This document shows positions 1 through 7,957 of a DNA stretch of 17,673 nucleotides, piece by piece. Source of the DNA: an uncultured delta proteobacterium. GTDB lineage: Bacteria; Desulfobacterota; Syntrophobacteria; BM002. Made by a program: the position numbers and the translations under genes. The notes under the pieces were generated by a model. It searched no databases. It saw only the letters and a list, made by a program, of their open reading frames with translations, and had not been told where the DNA came from. Positions within the stretch are counted from its first letter, which is position 1; the number at the start of each line of letters is the position of its first letter. The DNA lies in contig CAVQGX010000067.1 of NCBI GenBank assembly GCA_963712115.1, positions 1 through 17,673 of the forward strand, read 5' to 3'.

Positions 1-2
1 AC

Positions 3-743
3 AAGCGAGCTTATTATCACCTTAAAGTTTTAGAAGCCTATATGGACCTTTTGGGAATTGAGTATGAAAGATCCTTCAGCTTATCGGCAAATGGAGTTAA
101 AGGGGCAATCTACAATAACGTGAAATTGGCTTTTTACGACAATAGGATCTTTCTGGATGTGACCAATGCGAGAAAGCGACTCGGCTACATCCCCTTTAGA
201 AAATCTGCAGAGATTGTGTACCGGTCGAGCAACCCCCTTATAGCCTTGGTGGAATCGGATCAAGGCTACAGGGTTTTTCATGGTAACCGCAGGATCACTC
301 GCATTTATCCGGAATACTTCGAATACGACTTCAGTACCGAAGGCATTAACATCCAAATTGACGGCGAAGAGAGAAAAGCAGCTTTCGGCGACATGTTGGG
401 AGTACAAGAATCATTTATGGTCATGCCGAAAAAAGGCTACCGGGTAAATGTAATCGGCTTCAAAAAAACGGGTATCTCAGATGAATCAGGTGTCATGATT
501 GGTCTAGAAAATGTCATGAAGCGATTCTCTGTGGACAAGAGCGGAAATATCTTTCGAGTGGAAGTTTACAAGGACGATAAATTTTCAGGAATGGTCCTGG
601 TCAATTTCTCTGACGAAAACGAGAATCTCATCGCATCAGAACCTTCAAATGTCTCTTCGTTTGGCCTTTCTGCTGGAGAAGGCGCTTCCTTTGCCAAAGA
701 CTCTCCCACAAGTTCGGGGGAGGGCTTTAATCTCGGTCGTTAA
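3..743 (+). CDS. Probable M99-family metallo-carboxypeptidase (Csd4/Pgp1-like peptidoglycan DL-carboxypeptidase), C-terminal part; 5'-truncated by the window edge
   Basis: The frame is open from base 3 (KRAYYHLKVLEAYMDLLGIEYER...), so the ATG at 42 is internal. RAYYHL..LE.YM...GIE.ER and the C-terminal FSVDK.G.IFRVEVYK..KFSGMVLV.F resemble Campylobacterota Csd4/Pgp1 proteins as I recall them. The Zn-binding catalytic motifs would lie upstream of the window. Confidence 0.6.
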   Translation, partial: KRAYYHLKVLEAYMDLLGIEYERSFSLSANGVKGAIYNNVKLAFYDNRIFLDVTNARKRLGYIPFRKSAEIVYRSSNPLIALVESDQGYRVFHGNRRITRIYPEYFEYDFSTEGINIQIDGEERKAAFGDMLGVQESFMVMPKKGYRVNVIGFKKTGISDESGVMIGLENVMKRFSVDKSGNIFRVEVYKDDKFSGMVLVNFSDENENLIASEPSNVSSFGLSAGEGASFAKDSPTSSGEGFNLGR

Positions 744-837
744 GCTCATTGAGTCTAAATGACACCGTAAGCAAATTCTTTTATTCACTCTGCAACTAAC
801 CTGTGGCCAAGCGCTTTGCGCTTTGCGACCAACATCC

Positions 838-2361
838 ATGCGCCGGATAGCAAGAACCTTACAGGTTGTCTTATATTACTGCGGGCCTTTATTGATTGCC
901 CTTTCCTGCGGCCTTACCATTCCGCTGCTACTTGTTCTCATCTATGGTGAATTCCATAAAGATTTACTTACTCTAGAAGCATTCCTGTTGCCGGCAGCCC
1001 TTTCCCTTTTTCTTGGAATTCTGTTGCAAAGGCTCTTTGCTGTCGAGCATCCAACCAGGCTCCAATCTGCCTTGATCTGCAGTGTGGGATGGCTCGGGTT
1101 TTCAGCAATTGGAGCACTTCCCTTCATGATCGGCATCGGTAGTACTTACCTGGACGGCTTTTTTGAGGCAATGAGTGGCTTTACCACCACAGGCATTACC
1201 ATGTTCACCGGCCTTGATGAAATGCCCAAAAGCATTCTCTTTTGGCGTGCTTTGACCCAGTGGGTTGGTGGGTTGGGTATACTAACCATGTTTATGCTAG
1301 TGGTTTTCAGGGGCGGCAGTCCGCACAAGCTCTTCGGTGCGGAGGGACATAAGATCAACGTGGATCGTCCGGTGCCGGGCCTGGCAAACACCATTAAGGT
1401 GTTGTTCAGCATGTATGCCGGATTCACTTGTTTCATTGCCTTGGCCTTGTTCGCTCTGGGAATGGGGTTCTTTGATAGCATTTGTCACAGCTTTACGGCT
1501 CTATCTACCGGCGGGTTCTCGCCGCACGATGCCAGTATTGAATACTATCGTTTGCAGGGATACTCCAATTATGTTTGGATGGAATACGTCATCATTTTGG
1601 GAATGTTGCTGGGAGGTACCAGCTTTGTAATTCACTACCGGGTGCTCAAGGGAAGTTGGCGAGCCCTATTCGATAACATTGAGGCAAGATACTGGTGGAG
1701 CTTGATCGGTATTTTCTTGGTATTGATTATAATTGAAAGGATAGTGCGAATCGAACCTCTCTCGGCAAGCCTCGTTGATTACCCTGGTTTTTTTCACAGA
1801 ATGGAAGAAGACATCAGGATCGTGCTGTTTCAGGTAGTTTCCATTCTCACCACTACCGGCTTCGGCACCAGGGATATCAACACCCCATATTTTGGAGAAG
1901 CTGCTCGACAGTTTTTCCTGGTTATGATGGTCATCGGCGGTTGCGTGGGTTCAACCGGCGGGGGAATCAAGGTTCTCCGTATTGCCATAATGGGGAAATT
2001 GATTCGGCGAGAGCTCTACCGGTTACGGGTACCTCCACGGGCCATCAATTCCGTTGTCATTGATGGCGAGCTTATTCAGCTCGACGAAATTCAGCGGGTC
2101 GGTGGGCTGTTTTTTATGTGGATGGTACTGCTTATTTTTGGCGGGGGGGTAACAGAGTATCTGTCGCACCATAATGGTTACGTGGCCCTGTCTGGGATGT
2201 TTAGCGCCCTGGGCAATATTGGCCCTTGTTATATACCGGTGGCAGAAATGGGTCAGCTCCATCCCATAATCAAAATGGTTTACATACTGGGAATGCTGGC
2301 GGGGCGGTTGGAGATTCTACCCGTTCTTTTGCTTTTCAGCCTGAAAGCGTGGAGATCATGA
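838..2361 (+). CDS. trkH: Trk potassium uptake system membrane subunit (TrkH family)
   Basis: Multi-pass hydrophobic protein with four P-loop motifs (SGFTTTG, ALSTGGF, LTTTGF, ALGNIGP), GGCVGSTGGGIK and C-terminal MLAGRLEI. The start is uncertain (TTG 823 or ATG 838; no clear SD). Confidence 0.95.
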   Translation: MRRIARTLQVVLYYCGPLLIALSCGLTIPLLLVLIYGEFHKDLLTLEAFLLPAALSLFLGILLQRLFAVEHPTRLQSALICSVGWLGFSAIGALPFMIGIGSTYLDGFFEAMSGFTTTGITMFTGLDEMPKSILFWRALTQWVGGLGILTMFMLVVFRGGSPHKLFGAEGHKINVDRPVPGLANTIKVLFSMYAGFTCFIALALFALGMGFFDSICHSFTALSTGGFSPHDASIEYYRLQGYSNYVWMEYVIILGMLLGGTSFVIHYRVLKGSWRALFDNIEARYWWSLIGIFLVLIIIERIVRIEPLSASLVDYPGFFHRMEEDIRIVLFQVVSILTTTGFGTRDINTPYFGEAARQFFLVMMVIGGCVGSTGGGIKVLRIAIMGKLIRRELYRLRVPPRAINSVVIDGELIQLDEIQRVGGLFFMWMVLLIFGGGVTEYLSHHNGYVALSGMFSALGNIGPCYIPVAEMGQLHPIIKMVYILGMLAGRLEILPVLLLFSLKAWRS

Positions 2362-2366
2362 AAACC

Positions 2367-2453
2367 AACTGGGCACTACACACTAAGCACTAGGCACCAG
2401 GGATGAAAATGGGGAATATGGTGCTTACTGCCTAGTCCCTAGTGCCTAGTAGA
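2367..2453. repeat. Heptamer-based inverted repeat between trkH and trkA
   Basis: Tandem CACTAVR-like 7-mers (cactaca cactaag cactagg caccagg) are followed by the complementary run cctagtc cctagtg cctagta. Bases 2389-2403 match the reverse complement of 2436-2450 at 14/15 positions. Confidence 0.8.
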
Positions 2454-2488
2454 CAAGGTGTGATAACACTTCATTGAAGGAGTGAAAG

Positions 2489-3163
2489 ATGCGTATCGTC
2501 GTGGCTGGTGCAGGAGTGACAGGATATCAGCTGATAAGGATGCTTGTGGCCAACAAACACGATGTTGTTGTCATCGACGTAGACCATGAGGTTTGCGAAG
2601 AAGTTTATACGGAAACGGGAGCCATGACCATCCATGGAAGTGCGACCGATATCAGAGTACTGGAAAAGGCAGGCACAAAAAAATCGGATGTAATTCTTTG
2701 CCTGGTGAGAAGTGATGCCGACAATATTGCCATAGCTATAATGGCCAAGAGTCTGGGCGTTAAGAACATTATTGGCCTTCTGAGAAAGCCAGATTACGAA
2801 CCCGCCTACCGGTCGGCTGGAGTCACCACTCTCATTAGCATAACTGACCTGTTGCTCCATCAACTAATGATGGAAATAGAACAGCCCAAGGTTAAGACGA
2901 TTATGCCCTTGGGGGCCGGTAAAGCAGAAATCTATGCTGTGGAGATACCACCAGGCGCGAGAAGCATAGGTATGACCGTCCGAGAGATAACCCAACAGAA
3001 GAAATTCCCAAAAGAATGTGTGTTCGTGGGGATCTACCATAAAGAGAGTGATAGCTTTTGCATTCCCAGAGGCGACCATGACCTCAAGGAATGGGATACG
3101 GTATTTCTAGTGTCAAACAGTTTGTACATCAAGCCTGCAACAGATTTTTTGACCAAAGCCTGA
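2489..3163 (+). CDS. trkA: Trk potassium uptake regulatory subunit (single RCK_N + RCK_C, TrkA family)
   Basis: N-terminal Rossmann motif IVVAGAGVTG, IHGSATD, D..N motif and a C-terminal TrkA_C-like IPRGD. SD AAGGAG upstream; adjacent to trkH. Confidence 0.93.
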   Translation: MRIVVAGAGVTGYQLIRMLVANKHDVVVIDVDHEVCEEVYTETGAMTIHGSATDIRVLEKAGTKKSDVILCLVRSDADNIAIAIMAKSLGVKNIIGLLRKPDYEPAYRSAGVTTLISITDLLLHQLMMEIEQPKVKTIMPLGAGKAEIYAVEIPPGARSIGMTVREITQQKKFPKECVFVGIYHKESDSFCIPRGDHDLKEWDTVFLVSNSLYIKPATDFLTKA

Positions 3164-3177
3164 TTTACCTAGCCCGC

Positions 3178-3207
3178 ATCTGCTGAACCTCTGCGCCATC
3201 AGCGGAT
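3178..3207. terminator. Stem-loop downstream of trkA (possible terminator or stability hairpin)
   Basis: atctgctga / tcagcggat form a 9 bp stem (one G-U pair) with a 12 nt loop. There is no U-tract on the + strand. Confidence 0.3.
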
Positions 3208-3340
3208 AAATGGCTCTTACCGTTTACCATTCATCATAACTGCCAGCTGCTCACTAGTTTCAGCGTACCTCAGCCTCCTTCGCTGATATATCACTATTAT
3301 TCTTGACAATTCACTCGAAGCTGTCCGTTGTTGGCCGCCG

Positions 3341-3365
3341 GCCTGTCCTGAGCGGAGTCGAAGGG
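3341..3365. repeat. Single REP-like element GCCTGTCCTGAGCGGAGTCGAAGGG
   Basis: Matches the CCTGAGCnnAGTCGAAGG extragenic repeat motif I recognise from other bacterial genomes. Only one copy is in this window, so repetition is not shown here. Confidence 0.5.
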
Positions 3366-3378
3366 CTGCTCGCTGGAT

Positions 3379-3394
3379 TGGCATTGGCTTTGCA
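3379..3394 (+). promoter_or_regulatory. Sigma-54 (RpoN) -24/-12 promoter
   Basis: TGGCATTGGCTTTGCA: GG at 3380-3381, exactly 10 nt, then GC at 3392-3393. Near-consensus TGGCA-N6-TTGCA, about 90 nt upstream of the PilZ gene. Confidence 0.8.
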
Positions 3395-3484
3395 TTGCTA
3401 ACTAAATTGCACTAACGTGAATATTTCACTAATTGCCGTCGCAGCAAGCGATCACTCCATCTTCAGGCTAAGGGTTGATAGGTT

Positions 3485-4027
3485 GTGGAACACTGCAGAC
3501 GAGAGTACTCAAGAATTGATGTGTCTTGGCCTGTCAGTATCTTTACTTCTGCGGGATTAATAGATGGGCACATCAAAAACATCAGCATTGGGGGGGCTCT
3601 GATTAACTGTAAGAGTCTGCCCGACCTAGATGAAACGTTTAATTTGACCATTGAGATCCCCCATTATTTCTTCCCTGTGGCGGCAAAAGTAAAGAAAGTC
3701 AGGCTGAATATTTATGACAGTGAAGATAGCAATGAATCGCCCTCCTATGATCTGGCAGTCCGTTTTATGGATATGTCTGAAGATGACAGTAAAGTTTTCC
3801 ACGAGGCTATTGACCGTGCCTTCAGAACAGAACGCCCAACTCCCACCGATAAAAAGGAAGGTACAAAGAAATCCAATAGAATCGACAACAGCCTGCTCAT
3901 GACTGTGGAGAAACTTTCCATGGACAGCGGACGTTCATTTAAAGAATTGCTAGAAGAAGCCCTCAAAGATCTCATTCAAAAGTACGAAAAAGCAGGCTCC
4001 CTTAAAGACCAATCCTTGCAGCTTTAG
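3485..4027 (+). CDS. PilZ domain protein with a C-terminal ribbon-helix-helix-like domain
   Basis: GTG start. c-di-GMP motifs RxxxR (REYSR) and NxSxxG (NISIGG), and a PilZ-type AVRF end strand. A charged linker is followed by SNRIDNSLLMTVEKLSMDSGRSFKELLEEALKDLIQKYE, which has an RHH-like pattern. Confidence 0.8.
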   Translation: MEHCRREYSRIDVSWPVSIFTSAGLIDGHIKNISIGGALINCKSLPDLDETFNLTIEIPHYFFPVAAKVKKVRLNIYDSEDSNESPSYDLAVRFMDMSEDDSKVFHEAIDRAFRTERPTPTDKKEGTKKSNRIDNSLLMTVEKLSMDSGRSFKELLEEALKDLIQKYEKAGSLKDQSLQL

Positions 4028-4111
4028 GCAGAGTAGCTTGCCCTTTCCATACCACCTAGTCACCACAGCCATTGATTAAATCCCTAAGGAAAGAAATGGG
4101 AAATTTCTGAC

Positions 4112-4140
4112 TTTAATTCATAGTGACAGAGTGGTATATT
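4112..4140 (+). promoter_or_regulatory. Candidate sigma-70 promoter for the 4462-9412 genes
   Basis: TTTAAT (4112-4117), 17 nt, TATATT (4135-4140), with an extended -10 TGn. Confidence 0.3.
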
Positions 4141-4367
4141 GGGGCTAATAATGATATCTTTACTCTGCTTTACACTTGCCACGAGAATATTCAAATCCCC
4201 GCAACTTCGACATCGAGCCCGCTGGGAAACCTTGGAAAAACATTGAAGAAGGTCAGGTATAGAGGAAGAAATATGCTGCCGTTACAGTCGCTGAGTACGG
4301 GAAAAGTGAGAATGAATCTTATTCATTTCTTCTGAATTTTCTGGGCAAGACATTCTCAATTTGGTAA

Positions 4368-4391
4368 TGTGACCATTACTCTTTAGTCACA
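4368..4391. promoter_or_regulatory. Palindromic candidate operator TGTGAC-N12-GTCACA
   Basis: Perfect 6 bp inverted repeat about 70 nt upstream of the 4462 ATG. It overlaps a second palindrome, GTAATG-tgac-CATTAC (4364-4379). Confidence 0.35.
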
Positions 4392-4461
4392 GCTAACAAT
4401 GCTCGAAGAGGCGAGGGAGACGTTCTGCAGGGATAAGATTCAACACACAGGAGAATCATCA

Positions 4462-6240
4462 ATGAAGGATTCTATCCATTCATTTCACATACCGGTTATG
4501 GGAACAGGTTTCACCATTGACACCCCGCTGCGGGTGGCAAAGTACGGTATCTCTTCGGTGATACCCTTGGTGGACGACGTTCTTGTTGAGCAGGTGAGAA
4601 AGTACCATTGTGAGAAGCATGGCGAACCGTACGAGGAAATCAGCAACAGCAACCAGGATGCTCGCGCCCTTAGGATCGCGGCCTACTTGAGTCTGGTGGA
4701 CCGTCTAGTCAAACAGCAGGTCGTGGCCTTGCAAGCCTCGCCCTTTGAGGAAGGCAGCGACATAACGCGCTATTTCGAAATGCTGCCGGAAACCCCGCTC
4801 AAGCAAGCCTATGACGAAATGCTCGCAACCACCGACGAGGCTGCAAAGGCCCGGATGCAGGCAGACCTTCGCCGGCAAGCAGTCCCAGGCAGCAGCGACG
4901 TCAACATCATGACCAAGCTGGACCGCGACATCTACTTGGATGGCAATAAGCTCCCTGCCGAGTTCTCTGATGCCATGGCGGCCCTCCGCGGCTTTGCTAA
5001 CAGCACCCTGAACTCGTCAGTCATTTTTTCGGCAGGAATAAATCAAAGGCTTTATACTTACGCGGCCACTTTCGACGACTTTTTCCCTGACAAAAACGGC
5101 GAACTCAAAAAAAAGATAATCTTGAAGGTAAGCGATTACCGTTCTGCCTCGGTGCAGGGCAGATTCCTCGCCAAGCGTGGGCTATGGGTGTCCGAGTATC
5201 GCATAGAATCCGGCCTCAACTGCGGTGGGCACGCCTTTGCCACTGACGGCTATTTGTTGGGGCCGGTCCTGGAGGAGTTCAAGGAAAAAAAACAGGAACT
5301 CATAGAAACTCTTCATGCATCCTACACCAAAGCCCTGGCAGACCGCGGCTGGTCGGTGAACGATGAGCCCCACGAAGTGCTTATAACCGTGCAAGGCGGC
5401 ATTGGAACAGCAGTTGAGAATGAGTTTTTGCTGCGATATTACCTGGTCGATAGAACCGGCTGGGGAACACCTTTCCTGCTCGTCCCTGAAGTGGCGAATG
5501 TCGACAACGGTCATCTGGAGAAACTTCTTGCCGCCACGGATGGAGATGTTTACTTGAGCGACAGCTCACCTTTAGGGGTTCCTTTCTGGAACCTGCGCAC
5601 TTCTGCAAGTGAAGAAACCCGTCGCCAGTATATCCGTGAAGGCAAGCCTGGCAGCCCCTGTGTGAAAGGGGCCGCGAGGTTGAATACTGAATTTACCGAC
5701 ATCCCTATCTGTCCGGCCTCGCGCGCCTACATCAAGCGTAAGCTCCAGCACCTCCCGGAGGAAGGGCTCTCAGCAGAACAGCTTGCCGCAGTTAAAGAGA
5801 GCGTGCTCAGCAAATCCTGCATCTGCCATGATTTGGGCGGTGGTGCGGCTCTGAAGTACGGCATCGACCCGGCAGCCACCCCCTCTATCTGCTGCGGTCC
5901 CGGTATTCTGGATTTCAACAAGATCTCCACTTTGGAGGAGATGGTGGCGCACATCTACGGGCGGCTTTCCATCATTAGCAATAACGAGCGTCCGCACATG
6001 TTCATCAGGGAACTTGTGCTCTACATAGACCACCTCCGCAAAGAGACCAAAAATTTCAGCTTGAAACTCTCCTTCCGCACACCAGGGTATTTCCACAAGT
6101 TCAAGGAAAACCTTCTTGCCGGGATCGAATACTACCATGGGTTAGCCGGGCAGTTCATCGAGGACCAGAGAAAGCAGTTCCTGGCAGACCTAAAAGTCCT
6201 GCAAGATGAGATCGAGAACATTGCTCTCCCTGAAAAATGA
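4462..6240 (+). CDS. Uncharacterised ~592 aa protein; putative FMN-binding TIM-barrel oxidoreductase (nitronate monooxygenase/FabK/FabX-like) with a Cys-rich C-terminal region
   Basis: SD AGGAG at 4449-4453 supports ATG 4462 rather than 4399. Motifs IESGLNCGGH, VQGGIGT and GWGTPFL parallel EGxxAGGH, AAGGI and QMGTRF of NMO/FabK barrels. Cys residues occur in SPCVK, PICPAS, SCICHDL and SICCGP. The CDS is certain; the function is inferred. Confidence 0.5.
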   Translation: MKDSIHSFHIPVMGTGFTIDTPLRVAKYGISSVIPLVDDVLVEQVRKYHCEKHGEPYEEISNSNQDARALRIAAYLSLVDRLVKQQVVALQASPFEEGSDITRYFEMLPETPLKQAYDEMLATTDEAAKARMQADLRRQAVPGSSDVNIMTKLDRDIYLDGNKLPAEFSDAMAALRGFANSTLNSSVIFSAGINQRLYTYAATFDDFFPDKNGELKKKIILKVSDYRSASVQGRFLAKRGLWVSEYRIESGLNCGGHAFATDGYLLGPVLEEFKEKKQELIETLHASYTKALADRGWSVNDEPHEVLITVQGGIGTAVENEFLLRYYLVDRTGWGTPFLLVPEVANVDNGHLEKLLAATDGDVYLSDSSPLGVPFWNLRTSASEETRRQYIREGKPGSPCVKGAARLNTEFTDIPICPASRAYIKRKLQHLPEEGLSAEQLAAVKESVLSKSCICHDLGGGAALKYGIDPAATPSICCGPGILDFNKISTLEEMVAHIYGRLSIISNNERPHMFIRELVLYIDHLRKETKNFSLKLSFRTPGYFHKFKENLLAGIEYYHGLAGQFIEDQRKQFLADLKVLQDEIENIALPEK

Positions 6241-7889
6241 AGACAAGATTGAAGATACTTGTGCAGGCTGCCGCTGTTTTTCTCGCCGGACTTTTGCTCT
6301 CCTGCACCCCGAGCAGGCACCACGATAGCCAGAGCGACTCTCAAATCCATCATCTGGTGGTTCTCCACACCAATGACACCCACGGACACCCGGTTAAGTT
6401 TTTCCAGTATCCTGCGCCAGATGTTGGCGGACTTCCTGCTCGGGCAACGGTTGTCAATAGGATTAGAGAACAGCACAGAAATGTTCTAGTTTTAGATGCA
6501 GGTGATTTGAACACTGGCAGGCTGGAGTCCAATCTTTTCAAGGCCAGACCAGACCTAGAGGGTTACAACTACATTGGCTACGATGCAATGGCGATAGGCA
6601 ATCATGAATTTGATAATCCAATAGGGGTGCTGAGAGAACAAATGGAGCTGGCAACCTTTCCTTTTATCTCTGCCAATGTGAGGACTAAAGGGAGCGAGTA
6701 CCTGGCTGAACCTTACATCATTAAAGAATTAGATGGCCTTAAAGTAGCCATCTTTGGTCTCACTACTAAAGAGACTGAAGTCATAGGAAACCCTGAAAAC
6801 ACTAGAGATCTGGTGTTTGAGGATGAGATTGAAATTGCAAACGCTCTGGTCCCGGAGTTGCGAAGGAAAGCGGACCTCGTAATCGCACTTGTGCACCTGG
6901 GTATATACGACTCCTCCAGCAAAGGCTCTAAGAGATTGGCTTATGAGGTAAGTGGTATCGATCTCATTGTTGACGGACACAGCCACACAAAACTTGACGC
7001 TCCCATAGTTGTTACGCATCCCTTAACGGGCCATAACACACCAATAGTCCAGGCATGGAAGTGGGGCCTGATTCTGGGCAAGGTCGATCTATTTGTTCAG
7101 AACAAGAGAGTCATTGATTACAGGTTTGAAGCAATTCCCATTAATCTTAAGGAGGTGGAGAAAAGACCGGATGGAGCCAAGGTGTATCATTTCATCGGCG
7201 AAGAGATCCCCGAGGATCCAAAACTCTTAGATCTGCTGGAGCCATACGTTGCCAAAGCGGAATCGGTCCTTTTCAAGGTTATAGGGCAGGCGGAGGCAAC
7301 TTTTTTTTATGATGGTGTAAGAGAAGAGGAAAATCCCTTGGGCAACCTGGTTGCTGATTCTATGCTTTGGTACACTAAATATCTAGGGGCGGATTTTGCC
7401 CTGCAAAACGGCGGAGGTATACGGGCCGATCTTCCTGAAGGTCAGCTTACAGAGAGGATGATCTACGAGGCACTTCCCTTTGACAGTACGGTGGTTGTGT
7501 TGACCCTGGACGGTAAGAGTGTCCAATCTCTCTTTGAATACATGGCCAAGATCTCAAGCGGCCAAGGAGGATTTCCACAGGTGTCGGAAGGAGTGTCAAT
7601 GACAATCGACATGAGCAAAAAGAAATGTACACAAGTTATGATAAACGGCAAACCCCTTGATAAGAGCAGAAACTATAAGATTGCCACCAACTCCTATTTG
7701 GCGGCTGGTGGAGATGGATACAGGATCTTTCTGAAGGCCATCGATGCTTATGATAGCTCGATGTTTCAAAGAGACGTCCTGATTGAATACATCGAATATC
7801 TGGGCGGCAGAATCAAGCCGCAAATCTTAGACAGGATACAAATTCTGGGCAAAGGAGGACAGGCCGAATTACTTCAAGAGGCCGCTTAG
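6237..7889 (+). CDS. 5'-nucleotidase / UDP-sugar hydrolase (UshA-like) lipoprotein
   Basis: Metallophosphoesterase motifs HTNDTHG, LDAGD, GNHEFD and DGHSH; C-terminal 5'-nucleotidase domain (LGNLVAD, NGGGIR, LPF, FPQVS, YLAAGGDGY); lipobox LLSC. ATGA overlap with the upstream stop codon. Confidence 0.93.
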   Translation: MKTRLKILVQAAAVFLAGLLLSCTPSRHHDSQSDSQIHHLVVLHTNDTHGHPVKFFQYPAPDVGGLPARATVVNRIREQHRNVLVLDAGDLNTGRLESNLFKARPDLEGYNYIGYDAMAIGNHEFDNPIGVLREQMELATFPFISANVRTKGSEYLAEPYIIKELDGLKVAIFGLTTKETEVIGNPENTRDLVFEDEIEIANALVPELRRKADLVIALVHLGIYDSSSKGSKRLAYEVSGIDLIVDGHSHTKLDAPIVVTHPLTGHNTPIVQAWKWGLILGKVDLFVQNKRVIDYRFEAIPINLKEVEKRPDGAKVYHFIGEEIPEDPKLLDLLEPYVAKAESVLFKVIGQAEATFFYDGVREEENPLGNLVADSMLWYTKYLGADFALQNGGGIRADLPEGQLTERMIYEALPFDSTVVVLTLDGKSVQSLFEYMAKISSGQGGFPQVSEGVSMTIDMSKKKCTQVMINGKPLDKSRNYKIATNSYLAAGGDGYRIFLKAIDAYDSSMFQRDVLIEYIEYLGGRIKPQILDRIQILGKGGQAELLQEAA

Positions 7890-7957
7890 TACTTTCGACG
7901 TTTACAAAGTAGATATGGTCAAAAGATTGGGGCCAAATCTAATAAGGGAGAGAGCTA

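Noticed and set aside
3417-3429. Rex operator
   Set aside because: GTGAA-N3-TTCAC is one base shorter than the Rex GTGAA-N4-TTCAC spacing and lacks the outer TT/AA. It is kept only as a generic palindrome.
4123-4335. 70 aa ORF
   Set aside because: GTG start without an SD, no recognisable motif, and it overlaps a probable promoter/leader.
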